IMG/VR virus record: IMGVR_UViG_3300047474_000681
Source: an uncultured virus (IMG/VR IMGVR_UViG_3300047474_000681)
Lineage: Duplodnaviria; Heunggongvirae; Uroviricota; Caudoviricetes
DNA: 60,264 bases
Strand: one strand, 5' to 3'
Positions 1-9,087 of the stretch are shown piece by piece; the first letter of the stretch is position 1; every line of letters begins with the position of its first letter. The position numbers and the translations under genes were made by a program. The notes under the pieces are model-generated. The model was not told where the DNA came from, ran no database searches, and saw nothing but the letters and a program-made list of their open reading frames with translations.

Positions 1-20
1 AACAGCGTAAGGAATTTATT

Positions 21-1529
21 ATGGGAAGATTTATATCAGGAAGTAGTAGCGTAGAGCAAAGCTATTCGAGAGCAGAAGTGTTTTCAACACCCGGCACAGC
101 AACGTGGTCGGTCCCTGCAGGAGTAAGTAAAGCTAAAGTTTTTGTTATTGGTGCCGGAAGTAACTATAGAAGTACTGAATTTTGTTTTGAAAGTAGCTCA
201 ACATGTTGCTCTGGTGTTGATACTCCAGGAACAGAATACTGCTTAAACTTTATAGGACACCTTGTAGGCGCCGGCGGCGGCTACTCGGAAAAAACATTTG
301 ATGGTGTAGCACCTGGCTCATCTATGACAATTAACGTTGGCTCTGTAGGCGGGTTGTCAGCAAGTAGTGTATCAATCGGCGGCCAGACAGTAACAGCAAA
401 CAATGCTACAGATTCATCAATATCGTGGAACTGTGCAGGAAACAGTACAGCAAGAGATAATTCAAATGATAACTTAGTTAGTTTAGGATTTGACTTACCA
501 GTATGTGGTTATAGAAATTGTATTAATGGTTACTTTAACGCAGGCGGAACAGCAGCAGGCGGCGATGTTAATAGAACTGGCGGCGCTGGCGTGTTTATTC
601 CATTCTTTAGAGAAGACAGTGTTGTAGACGGAACACTTACAGCAACAGGTACCGGCGGCGCGAGCAGCGGACCAGGAGAAGGCTGTACATGTACAAACTG
701 GACAGCAGGCGGCTATGATTACACATTTGGCGGAAGAAGATATCACTGTACATGTACAATTGCTTATTTAAAACCATCACAAGGGGTAAACGGTAATACT
801 TGTGGTTGTTGTTTCTACTGGGGCGGTGAGACTAATTTTAACTGCCTATGTTTGGTAACATATCATAACGTATTTGGCGGAAGATGTTATAGTAACATGC
901 CGTGGTCACAGTGTATTTGCCAAAGAATGTGTAACGGTGTGTATTTGTGCGTCAACGGCGGCGGTGGCGGCGGTGGCGGTGCTGCTGGTGTAACTAACTT
1001 TGCTAAATCAGGCGGACAAGGCGCTGGTGGACAAATGTATCCAGCAAGTGATGACACATTCCAAGTAACAAACTGTCCAGTAGGAATTGGCGCTGAAGCA
1101 GGTAGTTCACATGCTGACGGATATCAAGGCGTAAGTGATGCAACATTACTAACACCTGAAGTAGCAAGTGGTGGCGGTGGAGGCGGCTCTTCCGACACAG
1201 TAGTATGTTATGTAGGTTTTGGCCAAGATCACTTTAGTTTTATTTACGGTAATAGTGCATGTGGATCGTGTGCTGCTATGGAAAACTTATACGGTAGTTC
1301 CGGTGGATCACTTTACTATACACTAGGTTATTCTAAAGATGCAGAATCTAGAAAGCCATCAAGTAATAGTATTATTCCATTGTCAACACTAAAATCTAGA
1401 GACGGAACTAATGTAGCAGACTTTAAATTTGGCTTTGGCGCAACATCAAATGAAGCAGCAGGCCCAGGTGGCGGTGGTAATAGACTTTACCCAACCGGCG
1501 GCTCGGGTGCTGTAGTAGTAGTATACTAA
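21..1529 (+). CDS. Gly/Cys-rich tail-fibre-like virion protein
   Basis: N-terminal FSTPGTATWSVPAGVSKAKVFVIGAG and C-terminal GGSGAVVVVY are typical of phage glycine-rich domains; about 25 Cys; SD AAGGA upstream. Confidence 0.6.
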   Translation: MGRFISGSSSVEQSYSRAEVFSTPGTATWSVPAGVSKAKVFVIGAGSNYRSTEFCFESSSTCCSGVDTPGTEYCLNFIGHLVGAGGGYSEKTFDGVAPGSSMTINVGSVGGLSASSVSIGGQTVTANNATDSSISWNCAGNSTARDNSNDNLVSLGFDLPVCGYRNCINGYFNAGGTAAGGDVNRTGGAGVFIPFFREDSVVDGTLTATGTGGASSGPGEGCTCTNWTAGGYDYTFGGRRYHCTCTIAYLKPSQGVNGNTCGCCFYWGGETNFNCLCLVTYHNVFGGRCYSNMPWSQCICQRMCNGVYLCVNGGGGGGGGAAGVTNFAKSGGQGAGGQMYPASDDTFQVTNCPVGIGAEAGSSHADGYQGVSDATLLTPEVASGGGGGGSSDTVVCYVGFGQDHFSFIYGNSACGSCAAMENLYGSSGGSLYYTLGYSKDAESRKPSSNSIIPLSTLKSRDGTNVADFKFGFGATSNEAAGPGGGGNRLYPTGGSGAVVVVY

Positions 1530-1541
1530 GGAGTAATATTA

Positions 1542-2240
1542 ATGTATTTTAGAACAAAAAAGAATAACTTCGACATTGACATAGTGGTTGCTACTGAATC
1601 AGACAATTTGTTAGTTAATAACGACAACAACACATGGTTAGAATCAGATGATGCACTATGCGTTGAAGGAAACTATTGGCATAATTCTAAATTTTATGAG
1701 CCAGGCAGCGACGATTATAACAATGACATTGGTCCACTTATATCGGCAGCACGAGTAGATTCTGATGCTGCTAAGATTGCAGCTGAACAGGCCCTTAGAG
1801 ATAAAATTAAAGCTGAACAGGATGCAATGGACACAACCCCAGACGATTCAGACGCAGATGCAAATCTAGAAGGTGCAGTTGACACTTCTTTAGAAGCACG
1901 TAAAAAGTTAGCAAAAACTTTTCCAAAGCCAGTGTATGTTCCGATAAGAGAACTACCAGAAGTTCCAGAAATTACTACTGATAATTTAGCGCATTGGGAA
2001 GAAGTATTAGCTGACACAAAGCGTTTAATTGCTGGTGTAAAAGCAGACGTAAATGATGATCCAGATATTGTTGAGTTTCCTGAACCAATTACATTTTTAG
2101 ATGGAACACCTCAAGAACATACATTATCTGAAATTGTTTTACCAGACGAAGACAAAGCATCTTACCTTGCACATATGGAAACTGTTGAAGCAGACCAGAC
2201 AGCTTGGGTTGCTCATATGAAAACAGTGTTAGGCGTATAA
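1542..2240 (+). CDS. Hypothetical acidic protein, possible fibre assembly chaperone
   Basis: 232-aa ORF with SD AGGAG directly after the fibre-like gene; function inferred from position only. Confidence 0.4.
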   Translation: MYFRTKKNNFDIDIVVATESDNLLVNNDNNTWLESDDALCVEGNYWHNSKFYEPGSDDYNNDIGPLISAARVDSDAAKIAAEQALRDKIKAEQDAMDTTPDDSDADANLEGAVDTSLEARKKLAKTFPKPVYVPIRELPEVPEITTDNLAHWEEVLADTKRLIAGVKADVNDDPDIVEFPEPITFLDGTPQEHTLSEIVLPDEDKASYLAHMETVEADQTAWVAHMKTVLGV

Positions 2241-2254
2241 ATTAGCCACATTTA

Positions 2255-2313
2255 GCTTCCTAGCTAACAGACAACATATAATTAATTATGTAATTGACTG
2301 TTAGATAGGAAGC
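2255..2313 (+). promoter_or_regulatory. Long hairpin sequestering the SD of the next gene, with a late-promoter-like TATAATTA at its apex
   Basis: GCTTCCTA(2255-62)/TAGGAAGC(2306-13) and CTAACAG(2264-70)/CTGTTAG(2298-2304) are complementary; TATAATTA at 2277-84. Confidence 0.6.
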
Positions 2314-2319
2314 ATTTTC

Positions 2320-3246
2320 ATGAAAAAAGTCTTTGGAATTAATGGCGGCGCCGGTCGCGTACTATGCTCTATTCCAGCACTACTAAAATACTATAAAAAG
2401 CACGGACCTAATTTTTATATACTATCCGGAAGCGGATTAGATTTCTTTGTAGGTATTCCTGAACTACAAGACATAACTTATACCCCCGAACATAAAGGCG
2501 TATTTAAAGATATTATTCAGCCTAATATTTTAATACAGCCTGAACCTTATCAAGATCACGGTTACTATAATCAAACAAGACATTTAACAGAAGCGTTTGA
2601 TCACATTATTAATGAAACTGATGATCATAGCGATTTAGAAAATATTAAAATTGTTCTTAATAAAACAGAAGAACTAAATGCACTTGACGCAATTGTAAAT
2701 TCACAAAAAATGCAAAATAAAGAAAAAACAATTGTAATACAACCATTCGGAAGATCAGCCACACCGGCTCCGCAAGTAAATGAAATGGTTGATCCAATGA
2801 GTCGATCATTTAGTGTAAAAGACTATAAAACTATTATAACTAAGTTACAAGAAAAATATAATGTAATTTTCATGGGTGAAAATAACGAAGTAGATGATAC
2901 AACATTTAAAGTACAAACAAGTCTTCGACAATGGGCAGCTATTATTGAAAGTTGTGATTACTTTGTAGGATGTGATAGTGTTGGACAACATATGGCTAAA
3001 GCATTTAATAAGCCAGGAACAGTGGTGCTAGGAAGTACATTTGCTGAAAATGTTTCATATAAAGACCATTTTCAAATCCTACAAAAAGAAAACTTACAGA
3101 TTGAATATTTTCCAATTAGACTATGCGAACAAGGTGTTGACGCAGATTTAGCAAATAGAAAAAATGATTTAGCAATGGATTTTAGTGAAAAAGAACTAAA
3201 TGATATTATTAAAAAAATTATCAAAGATATTGAGGACAAAACATAA
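2320..3246 (+). CDS. GT9-family (heptosyltransferase-like) glycosyltransferase
   Basis: N-terminal GGAGRVLCSIP; IVIQPFG; C-terminal LRQWAAIIESCDYFVGCDSVGQHMAKAFNKP matches the GT9 'DSG..HLA.A...P' motif. Confidence 0.7.
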   Translation: MKKVFGINGGAGRVLCSIPALLKYYKKHGPNFYILSGSGLDFFVGIPELQDITYTPEHKGVFKDIIQPNILIQPEPYQDHGYYNQTRHLTEAFDHIINETDDHSDLENIKIVLNKTEELNALDAIVNSQKMQNKEKTIVIQPFGRSATPAPQVNEMVDPMSRSFSVKDYKTIITKLQEKYNVIFMGENNEVDDTTFKVQTSLRQWAAIIESCDYFVGCDSVGQHMAKAFNKPGTVVLGSTFAENVSYKDHFQILQKENLQIEYFPIRLCEQGVDADLANRKNDLAMDFSEKELNDIIKKIIKDIEDKT

Positions 3247-5051
3247 TGAAGGATATTTGGATTGCAGGTATTACTCGAGGACACAATGCAAGTGTGTGTC
3301 TTTTAAAAAATGGCAAAGTTGTATTTGCCATTGAAGAAGAAAGACTGTCAAGACGCAAGTATGATGGCACACCTACAACTGTTATGATGAAAATTTTAGA
3401 CTATACAGATAAAATAGACTATGTTGTACTTTGCCATACAACAGAAGATATTGGTAACCAAAGAACTGATTTTACAGGCGAAGATATTTACACTTCTTTT
3501 TTTAGGAAGACAGGACTAATTTCAAGAACAGAAGATCCTAATCAACATCCGCAAGTAGTTAATCTAGGAAAAATTCATCATAAATTACATGCTGCATGTG
3601 CATTTTATAGAAGTGGATTTGAATCTGCTGTTGCAGTAATTGTAGATGGTGCAGGATCAGTAATGCCAGTTAACAAGACTGATCACAACAATAACCCAGC
3701 TGCGCCTGCTCCTGGCTATGAAACAGAATCAATTTATTCTTGCGAGTATCCAAATCAAATTCATACATTATATAAACATGTAGCTTGTAAAGATGCATCG
3801 TTAACAACAATGGATACTTATAATGGCGATGCATTTATGGATCCAGAAGGTCATACGTTTGAGTGTGTAATTTCAGACACAGCTGGAATTGTAAAAACAT
3901 ATGAAGCTGTAACATACTTTTGTGGCTGGCATTTTATTGAAGCTGGAAAAACAATGGGATTATTTCCATATGGTAAACCAAACGATGCATTTCCTAAATT
4001 GTTTGGAAATACAAAACATAGTTTATCTAATAGAAATTTTATTATTCCACAGTATCCAAACGGCGCATACATTAATCATCAAGCATATGAATTTACAGAA
4101 AATTCAGATGTAAATTTTGAGGATTTAACTAAACTAGATAATAGAAGAGATTTAGCTTATGCTGTACAAACAGAATCACAGGCTGAAGTTTTAAGACTAA
4201 TTAGAAAAGCTGTTGAAATGACTGGCAATAATAATGTTGTAATCAGTGGAGGCTACGGTTTAAATTGTGTGGCAAATTATTGGTATTTAGAGCAGTTAAA
4301 AGATGAAGGAATTAACATTTACGTTGAGCCAGTTTCAAATGACGCAGGCACGTCGATGGGTGCTGCAATGCTAGTATATAAAGATATCGTCGATCATGCC
4401 GAAGTTGATTATAAAGATGACGGACTGTATTTAGGATTAGAATATAATTATACTGACGAAGAAATAGAAACAGCAGCACAAAAATATGATGCAACAATTA
4501 GTGATGCAACTCATGACGATATTGTAAATTTAATTACATCAAAAAACATTGTTAGCTTATTTCAAGGACGTTCTGAAGCAGGACCACGTGCTTTAGGTAA
4601 TAGAAGTATTTTATATGATCCGACAGATCCTAACGGAAAAGATCATGTTAACGAAGTAAAACGCCGTGAATACTTCCGCCCATTTGCAGGAACTATTTTA
4701 CAAGATGATGTACACGAATGGTTTGATCTTCGTGGCATGGAAGATAGTCCTAGTATGATGTATGCTGTAAATTGCCAGCCAGGCATTGAAGAAAAAATTC
4801 CAGCGATTATTCATGTCGACGGAACGTGTCGTATTCAAACTGTTACTAGAGAACAGAATCAACATTACTATGATATTATTAAAGCATTTAAGGATGCAAC
4901 AGGGTGTCCAATTATCTTTAATACAAGTTTTAACTTAGGTGGTGAGCCTCTTGTAGAAACACTTGATGATGCAATACGCACACTAGCAAGTTGTGATATT
5001 GAATATCTGTATCTTCCTGAATACGGAAAACTAATTACAGTTACAAATTAA
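3246..5051 (+). CDS. O-carbamoyltransferase (NodU/CmcH/TobZ family), full length
   Basis: HNAS, EEERLSRRK, HHKLHA, VDGAG, GKTMGL, SGGYGLNCVAN, GPRALGNRS, KRREYFRPFA, HVDGTCRIQTV, NTSFN. Confidence 0.95.
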   Translation: MKDIWIAGITRGHNASVCLLKNGKVVFAIEEERLSRRKYDGTPTTVMMKILDYTDKIDYVVLCHTTEDIGNQRTDFTGEDIYTSFFRKTGLISRTEDPNQHPQVVNLGKIHHKLHAACAFYRSGFESAVAVIVDGAGSVMPVNKTDHNNNPAAPAPGYETESIYSCEYPNQIHTLYKHVACKDASLTTMDTYNGDAFMDPEGHTFECVISDTAGIVKTYEAVTYFCGWHFIEAGKTMGLFPYGKPNDAFPKLFGNTKHSLSNRNFIIPQYPNGAYINHQAYEFTENSDVNFEDLTKLDNRRDLAYAVQTESQAEVLRLIRKAVEMTGNNNVVISGGYGLNCVANYWYLEQLKDEGINIYVEPVSNDAGTSMGAAMLVYKDIVDHAEVDYKDDGLYLGLEYNYTDEEIETAAQKYDATISDATHDDIVNLITSKNIVSLFQGRSEAGPRALGNRSILYDPTDPNGKDHVNEVKRREYFRPFAGTILQDDVHEWFDLRGMEDSPSMMYAVNCQPGIEEKIPAIIHVDGTCRIQTVTREQNQHYYDIIKAFKDATGCPIIFNTSFNLGGEPLVETLDDAIRTLASCDIEYLYLPEYGKLITVTN

Positions 5052-5640
5052 CATCTGTAAATGAACGTTGAGGGTAACTAATTGCACCAGTTCCTTCAAC
5101 GTTTCCTACAACAATAATTCTTTCATTATCGCTTTGATGTTGCTGTACTTGGTGTGATAACCAACCGGGAAAAATTATTCCATCCCCAGATTTAGGCTTA
5201 TAATACATTCCGGGTTCGTGTGGGAAATGAAGCGGAGCAGCATCGTCGTCTACTTTTACATAATACACCCAGCTATACAAAGCAGGCACATGTGCATGTA
5301 GTTCACTGTAGTCTCCTCGAGTATATATTGATCCCCAACATGTTGTCATAAATGTTTTTAAATCTAAGTCACTTTTTTCTTTGTGCCATTGTTGTATTAA
5401 AGATTCAACATGGTCGCAAATATACTTAAAAGGCTTGTGATCGGTCATAAGCCAATCGGTCATTATAGTAGCCTTTACATTTGTTTCTTTATTCCTAGCA
5501 TCGCCTACTTCTTTAATAACACGCTCTACATCATTGTGTAATTCTTCTACAGAGTACTCGTCGGTATCCTCAAAACTAAACTCCCAAAAATGTATTGGAA
5601 CGCTAAGCCATTGGATAGATTCTCTAAAATTTTTATCCAT
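5041..5640 (-). CDS. Putative 2OG-Fe(II) oxygenase (TIGR02466-like)
   Basis: W..IY..GDY..LHAH..YSWVYYV, IIFPGWLSHQV, ERI motifs. Confidence 0.75.
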   Translation of the reverse strand: MDKNFRESIQWLSVPIHFWEFSFEDTDEYSVEELHNDVERVIKEVGDARNKETNVKATIMTDWLMTDHKPFKYICDHVESLIQQWHKEKSDLDLKTFMTTCWGSIYTRGDYSELHAHVPALYSWVYYVKVDDDAAPLHFPHEPGMYYKPKSGDGIIFPGWLSHQVQQHQSDNERIIVVGNVEGTGAISYPQRSFTDVNL

Positions 5641-5648
5641 TTTGTTTC

Positions 5649-6224
5649 CTAAATATTAAACGTAAAACTTTTACGAGGGTTGTCATTTGTTTTTGTATAC
5701 ACCTCATGTTCTAACCAGTGATCCCATATCAACATCATTCCTTGCTGCGGTGGAATAGTAATAACAGGATTAGTACAATATTTACTAGATTCAAATTTAG
5801 TATACGGTCTAGGATCATGAAATACTAAAGGAGGAACATTATCGCCTACTTCTAAATATATAATTCCACTAAATTTACAATCCAAATGTGCATGTCTACG
5901 TAAATATCCATTGTTTTTCATATCACTAAAAAACCCAAACGGGTGTTGCATATCTTCTTCAAAATATGGTTGGTTTCTTTGATTTAAAAAATCTTGTATA
6001 GATTCTTTAATAAGTTTAAATGTTTCAATAACTATAGGAATATTATTAATAACATTTGACTCATCAGGTGCCGAGTGTAATGTACTATTCCAACCTTCTA
6101 TATTTAGTAAATGATCTTCACCTACATCTGTCAACACGCTATTACATGCGTCTAACAACTCGAGTCGCATTGTATTAGCAATCTGTATATTGTATACGGT
6201 AGTTGGAAATAAACTGTGTATCAT
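5649..6224 (-). CDS. Putative 2OG-Fe(II) oxygenase (TIGR02466-like)
   Basis: LFPT start, HAHLDCKFSGIIYL, FHDPRP, WLEHEV, RKSFTFN. Confidence 0.8.
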   Translation of the reverse strand: MIHSLFPTTVYNIQIANTMRLELLDACNSVLTDVGEDHLLNIEGWNSTLHSAPDESNVINNIPIVIETFKLIKESIQDFLNQRNQPYFEEDMQHPFGFFSDMKNNGYLRRHAHLDCKFSGIIYLEVGDNVPPLVFHDPRPYTKFESSKYCTNPVITIPPQQGMMLIWDHWLEHEVYTKTNDNPRKSFTFNI

Positions 6225-6944
6225 TTATATTAAATTTTCTTTGATTTTTTTTATTAATTGATTTTTTATTTTTGAACCTTTAAAAATGTCGTATAATTTA
6301 TTTAAATTTCTCTGCTTCCAAGTATTTTTTAATCTTACGCAACTCATTGACAACGATAATAATTCTTCGGTTAGAAAAAACTTTTGTAATTTTACTTTCT
6401 CATTAGTTTTAAAATTAACATACATTAAAGGATCACCTTGACCCACTTTAAAATTTGTGTTACCTTCGTGCAGTTGAAATGCATATTCTAATGGCCTAAA
6501 CCACTGTGAGATATCAAATCTTCCGGGAACATAAAATCCTGCATCAGTAACTGGTGTTTTGTGCATATACGGATGCATGGATTCTATTTCTAATTCTTCT
6601 TCACAAAAAAAGATCCATGCGCCTGCAGATCTTACAGTATAAGCATTTAATAAAGACGGCTGTTTCAAAATAAAATTTCTTTCATTAAATGGTATATTAT
6701 CGCTAAGATTATTTCTTAGATGCTCAGGAAAAATGTCAACATCTATATTAACAGGACTGTTTAGCATAAAAAGATTTTTACTACTGTTTACAAAAGCAGG
6801 ACAATTTAAAAAGTTATCTTGATTATTTTCTTTATTTTGTCTTTTTTGTAAATCTTCAAGTACATTTACTGGTTCGGTAAATCCTAAATACATAGGTTCT
6901 AATAAATCTATTCTATCCCACGGAGCCCAATATACTGTTTTCAT
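6225..6944 (-). CDS. Hypothetical protein, paralog of the adjacent ORF
   Basis: 239-aa ORF; CPAF, PG.FD and GDPL motifs shared with 6941..7666. Confidence 0.5.
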   Translation of the reverse strand: MKTVYWAPWDRIDLLEPMYLGFTEPVNVLEDLQKRQNKENNQDNFLNCPAFVNSSKNLFMLNSPVNIDVDIFPEHLRNNLSDNIPFNERNFILKQPSLLNAYTVRSAGAWIFFCEEELEIESMHPYMHKTPVTDAGFYVPGRFDISQWFRPLEYAFQLHEGNTNFKVGQGDPLMYVNFKTNEKVKLQKFFLTEELLSLSMSCVRLKNTWKQRNLNKLYDIFKGSKIKNQLIKKIKENLI

Positions 6945-7666
6945 TTTTTAAATCCAGGCTGTTTATAATATTTTCCAAATTTAATTTTAGGAAAATGTTC
7001 GCCTATTTCTGCCCATGTGTTAAAATCTATTTTTTCAATTTGTAAATCAAGTTTTCTTTCCGTTAACGGAAATAAAGATATTAATGGCATTCCGTGTTTT
7101 AGTGTAATAACATAAGGTTCATCTTTAACTGGACAATTTAAATGAACATTAGTAGAATGTTGCCATTTAAAGTTCGTATATCCTGGAGATAACCAAATGT
7201 CTCTTTCTCTAAAATAAGATGTGCTATAGTGCGATTCTGTAAATAAAAACCCAATGTCTTGGTTACACGTAAATTTCCATGGACTAGTCAATTTAAGAGC
7301 AACTCTTTTTCCAGGATACATTCCCCTCCATTGGTCCTCTGGATGTTCTGAAATATCTATTGGACAAGCACCTCCTGCATTACTTGGAGTATTTGTCCAG
7401 CTTCCATCGGGGTTAATTCGTATGTCAACTTCTTCCCACATGTTGATGTGTATTGGTTTTGACAAGTATTCTCTAATACCAGGACATACAGCTACAGTTC
7501 CAGATTTATCATATAAACCTATTCGTTCATTCCAATGAGTTACAGTGCTCTTAATAGATTTAAGCCAACTAGGTCTTTCTAATTTCTCACCATATACTAT
7601 GGGTGCATTCATTGATACACTTAAATCAGGAGTGAGAGCTTTAAGCACTATCTTCTTATTAAACAT
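6941..7666 (-). CDS. Hypothetical protein
   Basis: 241-aa ORF; SD AGGAGA; CPGI, KLTSPW, PGYT and GMPL motifs. Confidence 0.5.
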   Translation of the reverse strand: MFNKKIVLKALTPDLSVSMNAPIVYGEKLERPSWLKSIKSTVTHWNERIGLYDKSGTVAVCPGIREYLSKPIHINMWEEVDIRINPDGSWTNTPSNAGGACPIDISEHPEDQWRGMYPGKRVALKLTSPWKFTCNQDIGFLFTESHYSTSYFRERDIWLSPGYTNFKWQHSTNVHLNCPVKDEPYVITLKHGMPLISLFPLTERKLDLQIEKIDFNTWAEIGEHFPKIKFGKYYKQPGFKK

Positions 7667-7685
7667 GTAGTCTCCTATTATGTTT

Positions 7686-7709
7686 TACTTATAGCTATGT
7701 AGATAAATA
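7686..7709. promoter_or_regulatory. Back-to-back T4-type late promoters
   Basis: TATAAGTA on the minus strand (7693-7686) and GATAAATA on the plus strand (7702-7709) in the divergent intergenic gap. Confidence 0.55.
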
Positions 7710-7738
7710 ATACTAGAAACTGAACTTTAGGAAATAGC

Positions 7739-8131
7739 ATGGAATTTAGAGATTTTTTTATTAAGGGTGCGCACAACACACTTAGACTAAGAAACAACAC
7801 ACAATTTGCCTATAAAAACCATTGGAAGTCTCTTCACAGCAATATTGTATTAGATAAATGGCACATTGGTGAAATTATGAGTGCTAATTATACAATCATT
7901 GCAGACAACGGAAGAAATGATAAAGAGACAATTCAAGTACTTGCAATTGCTGGTCCGGATGATGCAGCAATTACAATTACAGGCAGGGCTGGGTTAAGTA
8001 CTGATATTTTAACTCTTAGTGCAAATGTTGATAAGTCTTCATTTGAATTAATTGTAAGTCCGGCAGCAGCTGGCAAAGAGGGTGCAAGGGTAATGTATAC
8101 GGCAACGTACTTCCAAACCCTTGCAGATTAA
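7739..8131 (+). CDS. Hypothetical virion-associated protein
   Basis: 130-aa beta-rich ORF, SD AGGA, first gene of a structural cluster. Confidence 0.45.
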   Translation: MEFRDFFIKGAHNTLRLRNNTQFAYKNHWKSLHSNIVLDKWHIGEIMSANYTIIADNGRNDKETIQVLAIAGPDDAAITITGRAGLSTDILTLSANVDKSSFELIVSPAAAGKEGARVMYTATYFQTLAD

Positions 8132-8137
8132 AATTTG

Positions 8138-8145
8138 TATAAATA
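8138..8145 (+). promoter_or_regulatory. T4-type late promoter TATAAATA
   Basis: Exact T4 late consensus, upstream of SD GGAG and ATG 8164. Confidence 0.7.
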
Positions 8146-8163
8146 TACTAAACGGAGACTTCG

Positions 8164-9084
8164 ATGCCTGTAGTAAATAAACCTTTTAATTCACAGTTTG
8201 GATTTTCAAGTCCAAACTTCAGCGTCGATGACCAAGGTAATATTGTTGCAACTTCTATTCAAGCAGCAGGTGCAGGAGGAGGCGGCGCCGGTGGCGCTAC
8301 TGACTACTCCTTTACTGACGCAGTAGGTTATTACTTAATTAATAATGAGCCTGAGCAAAACCCTTCCTTAGCACTTAATAGAGTTACACGATATACTTTT
8401 AACTTAACTTTAACTGAAAATACATTTAGTATTTTTAGTGACGATCAAGGCACACTATATAATACAGGATTACAACATACTCATGATGATGGTGTAATTA
8501 CAACCGAAGCAGCAGCCCAAGGACAAACTGGTGGTATACTACAGTTTACAGTTTCAACTGATGCTCCAGACACATTATATTACGGCGATGCAGCTACAGG
8601 CCTTTACAATATAATTACAATTACTGATGCTGCAGGACAATTTGGTGAACTAGCACTAACAGCTCCAACTAATGCTACATCTGGAGATACAGGTGCCCTG
8701 CGTGTTGCTGGCGGCATAGGCGTAAGCAAAGATATATTTGTTGAAGGTTTTTTAACAACCAACGGTGTTAACTATAACGGTGTTGGCGTCAGTAATATTA
8801 CATCAAACACAAACTTAGAATTAGACGCTGCAAATAAAATTGTTATTAAAAACAATAATTCTTTTGTAGGAGAAATTAATAGTACAGGGTTATCAATTCC
8901 TATAAATACTAGTAACATAACAGAAAGTACTATAAACAATACAACAATTGGCGTAACGACACCTTCAACTGCTACATTTACATCAGCTGATGTTAATAAT
9001 GTTTTAACAACAAAGAAAAGTGTAGCAAATAAAGGTTATGTAGATAAAACAGCAGTAGCATTTTCAGTAGCATTTGGATTATAA
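8164..9084 (+). CDS. Tail fibre/baseplate-associated structural protein
   Basis: APDTLYY module, TGALRVAGGIGVSKDIFV repeat, NNTTIGVTTPSTATFT and NKGYVD motifs common in myovirus fibres. Confidence 0.65.
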   Translation: MPVVNKPFNSQFGFSSPNFSVDDQGNIVATSIQAAGAGGGGAGGATDYSFTDAVGYYLINNEPEQNPSLALNRVTRYTFNLTLTENTFSIFSDDQGTLYNTGLQHTHDDGVITTEAAAQGQTGGILQFTVSTDAPDTLYYGDAATGLYNIITITDAAGQFGELALTAPTNATSGDTGALRVAGGIGVSKDIFVEGFLTTNGVNYNGVGVSNITSNTNLELDAANKIVIKNNNSFVGEINSTGLSIPINTSNITESTINNTTIGVTTPSTATFTSADVNNVLTTKKSVANKGYVDKTAVAFSVAFGL

Positions 9085-9087
9085 AAC

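Noticed and set aside
21..1529. RiPP precursor or diversity-generating retroelement target
   Set aside because: Too long, with fibre-like termini; no reverse transcriptase or template/variable repeat pair in the window
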